Source of the DNA: Lama guanicoe | Lineage: Eukaryota | Assembly: GCA_013239625.1 (NCBI GenBank) | Contig: MU054001.1 | Location: 7,274,174-7,338,173 of the forward strand | DNA length: 64,000 bases | Reading direction: 5' to 3' | In this document: piece by piece, positions 60,499-64,000 of the stretch | Position numbering within the stretch: position 1 is the first letter of the stretch | How the letters are laid out: each line of letters begins with the position of its first letter | Made by a program: the position numbers and the translations under genes | The notes under the pieces: generated by a model | What the model was told of the DNA's origin: nothing | Seen by the model: only the letters and a program-made list of their open reading frames with translations | The model's database searches: none

Positions 60499-62184
60499 TG
60501 GAAAGTGCTCCAGAATCACAAGTTGGGTCTGACCCAGATGCCTTTTAAATCACTTCTTCTGCCTGGGTCTCAGAGAAAGTGAGATTTTGTGTGTGCCCTT
60601 TAAGAGTGGAGTCTCTTTCCCACAGCCCTCTGGCTCTCCCAAAAGTAACTGAACATAATTAAGGAAGCTTTCTTGATGAGAACATCCTTAAGAGAGTTTA
60701 AAAGAAAGTCTGGTCTGTAGTGAACATAACTTCTCAGGTGACTCAGTATGAAAGATAGACCCAACTGCCATTAATGGATTAATCAGGGGCACTAGAGAGA
60801 GAACACTGTTTATTTCTCCACTGCATCCTATCTAGTTTCCTTATCTTAGCTTTGGATAGGCTTGTTTTAGACACTTTTCTTGATATATGCATGTTTACAT
60901 TAGTAATTACACTTGTGAGTGTGCATCCCAGTGCCACATTGATTGGGGGAGAGGGCAGCAAGCCTCCAGGAAGTGTCATGATGTGTGGCCAACTTTGTGA
61001 TACCCCAAAGTAGCCTAAGTAACCTGGCATTCTGAACAATGAACCCATTCATATGAACCTCCTATTTCCCACCTAGTATATTTATTTTCATCTCATGAAT
61101 GAAAACTTGAGTTGTCCTCATTCCAGAGCTCCCTCTGTGATCTTTGTCAACCCACAAGAGGATACAGGTTGGGGATGGTCATAAGTTAGAAAGACAAAAC
61201 AATGAATGTTACTGATTCTGAATGGTATTGTTTCTGAATTTGTCCAAGGTTATCTACTGGGGGGAATGCTAACTCTATGTTTTTACAGTCAAAAATTTCC
61301 AATAAATATTTCTGAGTGGGGCCTCTTCTCAGATTCTGGGGCTCTGTGAAGTCTTTCCAATAATGCTGCCTTTTCTTCTAGGAGAGATATGGTGAGAATT
61401 TTTGTGCAGACTAAGCTGCCTTCTCTCAGCAGATCAAAGACATCTGCTCTATATGTTTGCTTTCATTATTAATAACATGTTCATATGTCTGATGAGTATT
61501 ATTCCTAATTAACCTAATTATGTATGGCAGTTAATTTTCTGAGTGATAGACAAGTCTTTAAGGAGTTTTTCTACCCCAGTTGTAGAGAATACTCAAATTG
61601 CAACTGTGAGGCTTTGGTAGTGGTAGGGCTGAGGAAAAGTGATGGCAATCTGAGGGACTTCCCAGAGGAATACTCTAAAAGAAGGAGGAGACATTGTCCT
61701 TTTTATTCAAGGAGCTCATTTGGGCAGTCAAGGTTGGAATGAATATTATGTCATTTAATAATAACATGCCCATGGGATCCTTTTCCAGATTTACTTTCTA
61801 TTTTTTCCCTTTGTACTCTCTTTGCTTCCTTTCTGAATGGCTACCCAAATCAGGTTTTCCAAATCAGTTCATCTCAATAGATAACTGGAAACAATCATTA
61901 ATGGCTATGTGGGGTGGTGTTGAGAATGACTCTGGGACTGTGTCTTATTGAACAAGAAACACAGTGTGGTCAAATTATGATGTTTCCTTGTATCTGCCCA
62001 CTTTTCACTGTTCTCCATCTCTGAGGCCCCAGTCCTAGTCTTGGCATCATCATTTCCCACCTGAACAACATTAGTGCCATACTAATGATGTTACCACCAC
62101 CACTCTTTTCCTCCTTCCACTCGCCTCCACACAGCTGCCAGAACCCTAGTGGATCATACCAGGAACACCAAGGCTTGGGGAGGG

Positions 62185-62353
62185 GGAATAATTCTTCATT
62201 TTTCAGGACTGACCTATGTATTGCAGGATGTTTAGTACTTTTGGGTCTCCCTAAATGCCAGTAGTGTACTTAAATCACTGTGAAAATGGAAAAATCCCTA
62301 CATGATTCCAAATATCTCCTGGGGGTAGCTGTACTGTCTGTTGAGAACTATGG
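62185..62353. mobile_element. hAT-Charlie MER20-like DNA transposon fragment
   Basis: ATAATTCTT, ATTGCAGGATGTTTAG, TAAATGCCAGTAG and GTTGAGAACTATGG. Confidence 0.6.
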
Positions 62354-62669
62354 CTAACATAATATTTAAGGAGCAAAAATTTCCATCCAGCTCATCTTTG
62401 TTTAAAATCCTTTAATGATAAAAACAAAACAGATGAGAGGGCTGTTTATCAGTGGCAGTGCATGCTAATCCCTCTGATTTTACTTTCTTTGTAAAGAAGC
62501 AGGTGACTTAAGTAGTGCAGAGACACTGTGAAATGAAGGGAAAAAAGCACTGAAGAGTTTACCAGAATAATTAAGAGTAACCTGCAAAAAGAGGATAATT
62601 GAGACAGTGAAAAAATAAAAAAGCAAAATAGATACTTAAGTGAATGTTTCTGTGACTTCATGTTTTACT

Positions 62670-63130
62670 TAGGATAAATTCCAATTCTTCACCATGACCC
62701 TCAGACCCTGTTCACTTCCTCCTTATTGGTTGTGTTCCTGCCCCTCTTACCTTGTGTTCTAAGACCACAGCCAGCTCAGAGACTGCTAAGGGCCTTTTCT
62801 CCACATGCTATTTGCCTGGAGAGTCCATCCCACACCTCTCTTTTTCTAGTTTGCACATGGTGGGCTCTTTCCCTTCCTTCAGATTTCAGCTTATCTATCA
62901 CCTCCTCCAACAGTTTCCCTTGACCCTTATGACTTTGTATAAATAGGTTCCCCCACCAGCCCCACCCATTTTCTTTTACCATTGCCTCCTATTTGTTACC
63001 TTTATAATATTTTCTCAGTTTGTAAGCCCATATTTATTTATTTGTTCCCTTGTGTGCTGTTTGTTTTATGTCATTCTCTCCATAAGGGCAGAGACAGCAT
63101 CTATTTTGTTCATACCTCTATGCCTTGGAT
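62670..63130 (+). mobile_element. L2 fragments (also ~62000-62150)
   Basis: CTCCATAAGGGCAGAGACAGCATCTATTTTGTTCA and CTTCAGATTTCAGCTT motifs. Confidence 0.55.
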
Positions 63131-64000
63131 GAGCCCTGAAGATAGCTGGTGACTGTTGAGACCTCCAGTGGGTTTGGAGGAACCTGCTACAGAGGAGAGT
63201 TAATGTCATTTCCCAGATGTGTCCAGGGATCCCCAAAGTATCTCTGCCCCATCCCAGTGCAGTAATTCTTGGCAGTGGCACAAATGAATGGCCCTGTATG
63301 TGTCTGGGTATCAAAGGGCCTGAAATAGCCTTCCATAAATGGCAAAGGGAAACAACCAAAAGTTCTTTGCATCTGAGTTTAGAAGTGTCGAGAAGTGGCC
63401 TTTTGATCTGAAAGAGCCATGTTGTCAAAGTGACTGCAGTCCCAATGCTTCCCCAATGCTGAGATTCAAGAGAACATTGACCTGTCCCTCACCTCCTCCC
63501 TGGGCTGTCTGTGACCTCTCATTCAGGAGAAGAATTGGGGAACAGAAAACACTGACTTCCAACCTGAAATTTCTGCCTTTAGCCAAAGGGAATAAGTTTA
63601 CTTGGAGGCAACTAGATTATTACGTTTATATACTGACAGAAAAAGGGAACTTAAAAACTGAGTTCAGTTATAGAAAGTTACATTTTTGCATACTGAGTGT
63701 GGTAATGGAAAACCCATAGCCTGTGAAATAATAATGAAGGTTAACAAAATTACTCTGATCTACACTGTATAGCACTTTACATAATCATATCTGTCTGAGA
63801 CTTATAATGATGCACTGAGTACGTGGTAGAGCTGGGCTTTGAATCCAGATGTTGTCTCTGGAAGCTCATCTCCTTGGTAGTGGGCCCTGTGCTGCATCCT
63901 GGAGCACCCAAGTAAGAACAGATGTTTAGATCAAATAACATTAAGGCTGTCTGTCTTGGAATCCTGAGTTAGTTGCTTGCCTGCCTAAGTAACCTGCTCA

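Noticed and set aside
63066..63719. Short ORFs and TCF/LEF-like motifs (ATCAAAG, TTTGAT)
   Set aside because: No recognisable protein, and such short motifs are expected by chance without conservation data.

Overview
Mammalian nuclear DNA, most likely camelid (a Vic-1-like tRNA-derived SINE lies at 173-294), and dominated by retroelements. I find no intact host protein-coding gene. Contents: (1) a processed HSP90AB1 pseudogene whose first ~25 codons (ATG at 4568) are separated from the rest (13320-15408) by an 8.7-kb composite L1; (2) a 15-kb nest (15709-30927) where an old full-length L1 carries three younger L1 insertions, one full length with a perfect 17-bp TSD; (3) a twin-primed, 5'-inverted L1 (31917-34960) holding a 599-bp ERV2-type solo LTR; (4) an ORF2-less L1 (35460-38501); (5) a 4-kb internally deleted class III ERV-S-like provirus (48860-52851) with a tRNA-Ser PBS, YIDD RT and gamma-type env remnant, inserted in an older LTR16-like LTR; (6) older L1, L2, MIR, MaLR and MER20 fragments and microsatellites. 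The most notable less obvious signals are a ~1.2-kb A/T-to-G/C substitution tract in one L1 5' UTR (possible GC-biased gene conversion), two L1-into-L1 chimeric tandem 3' ends, and a ~80-bp polyadenylated micro-retrocopy inside an L1 5' UTR. Family names come from recall of consensus motifs, not database searches, and ancient-repeat boundaries are approximate. The sequence alone does not demonstrate a new functional system.
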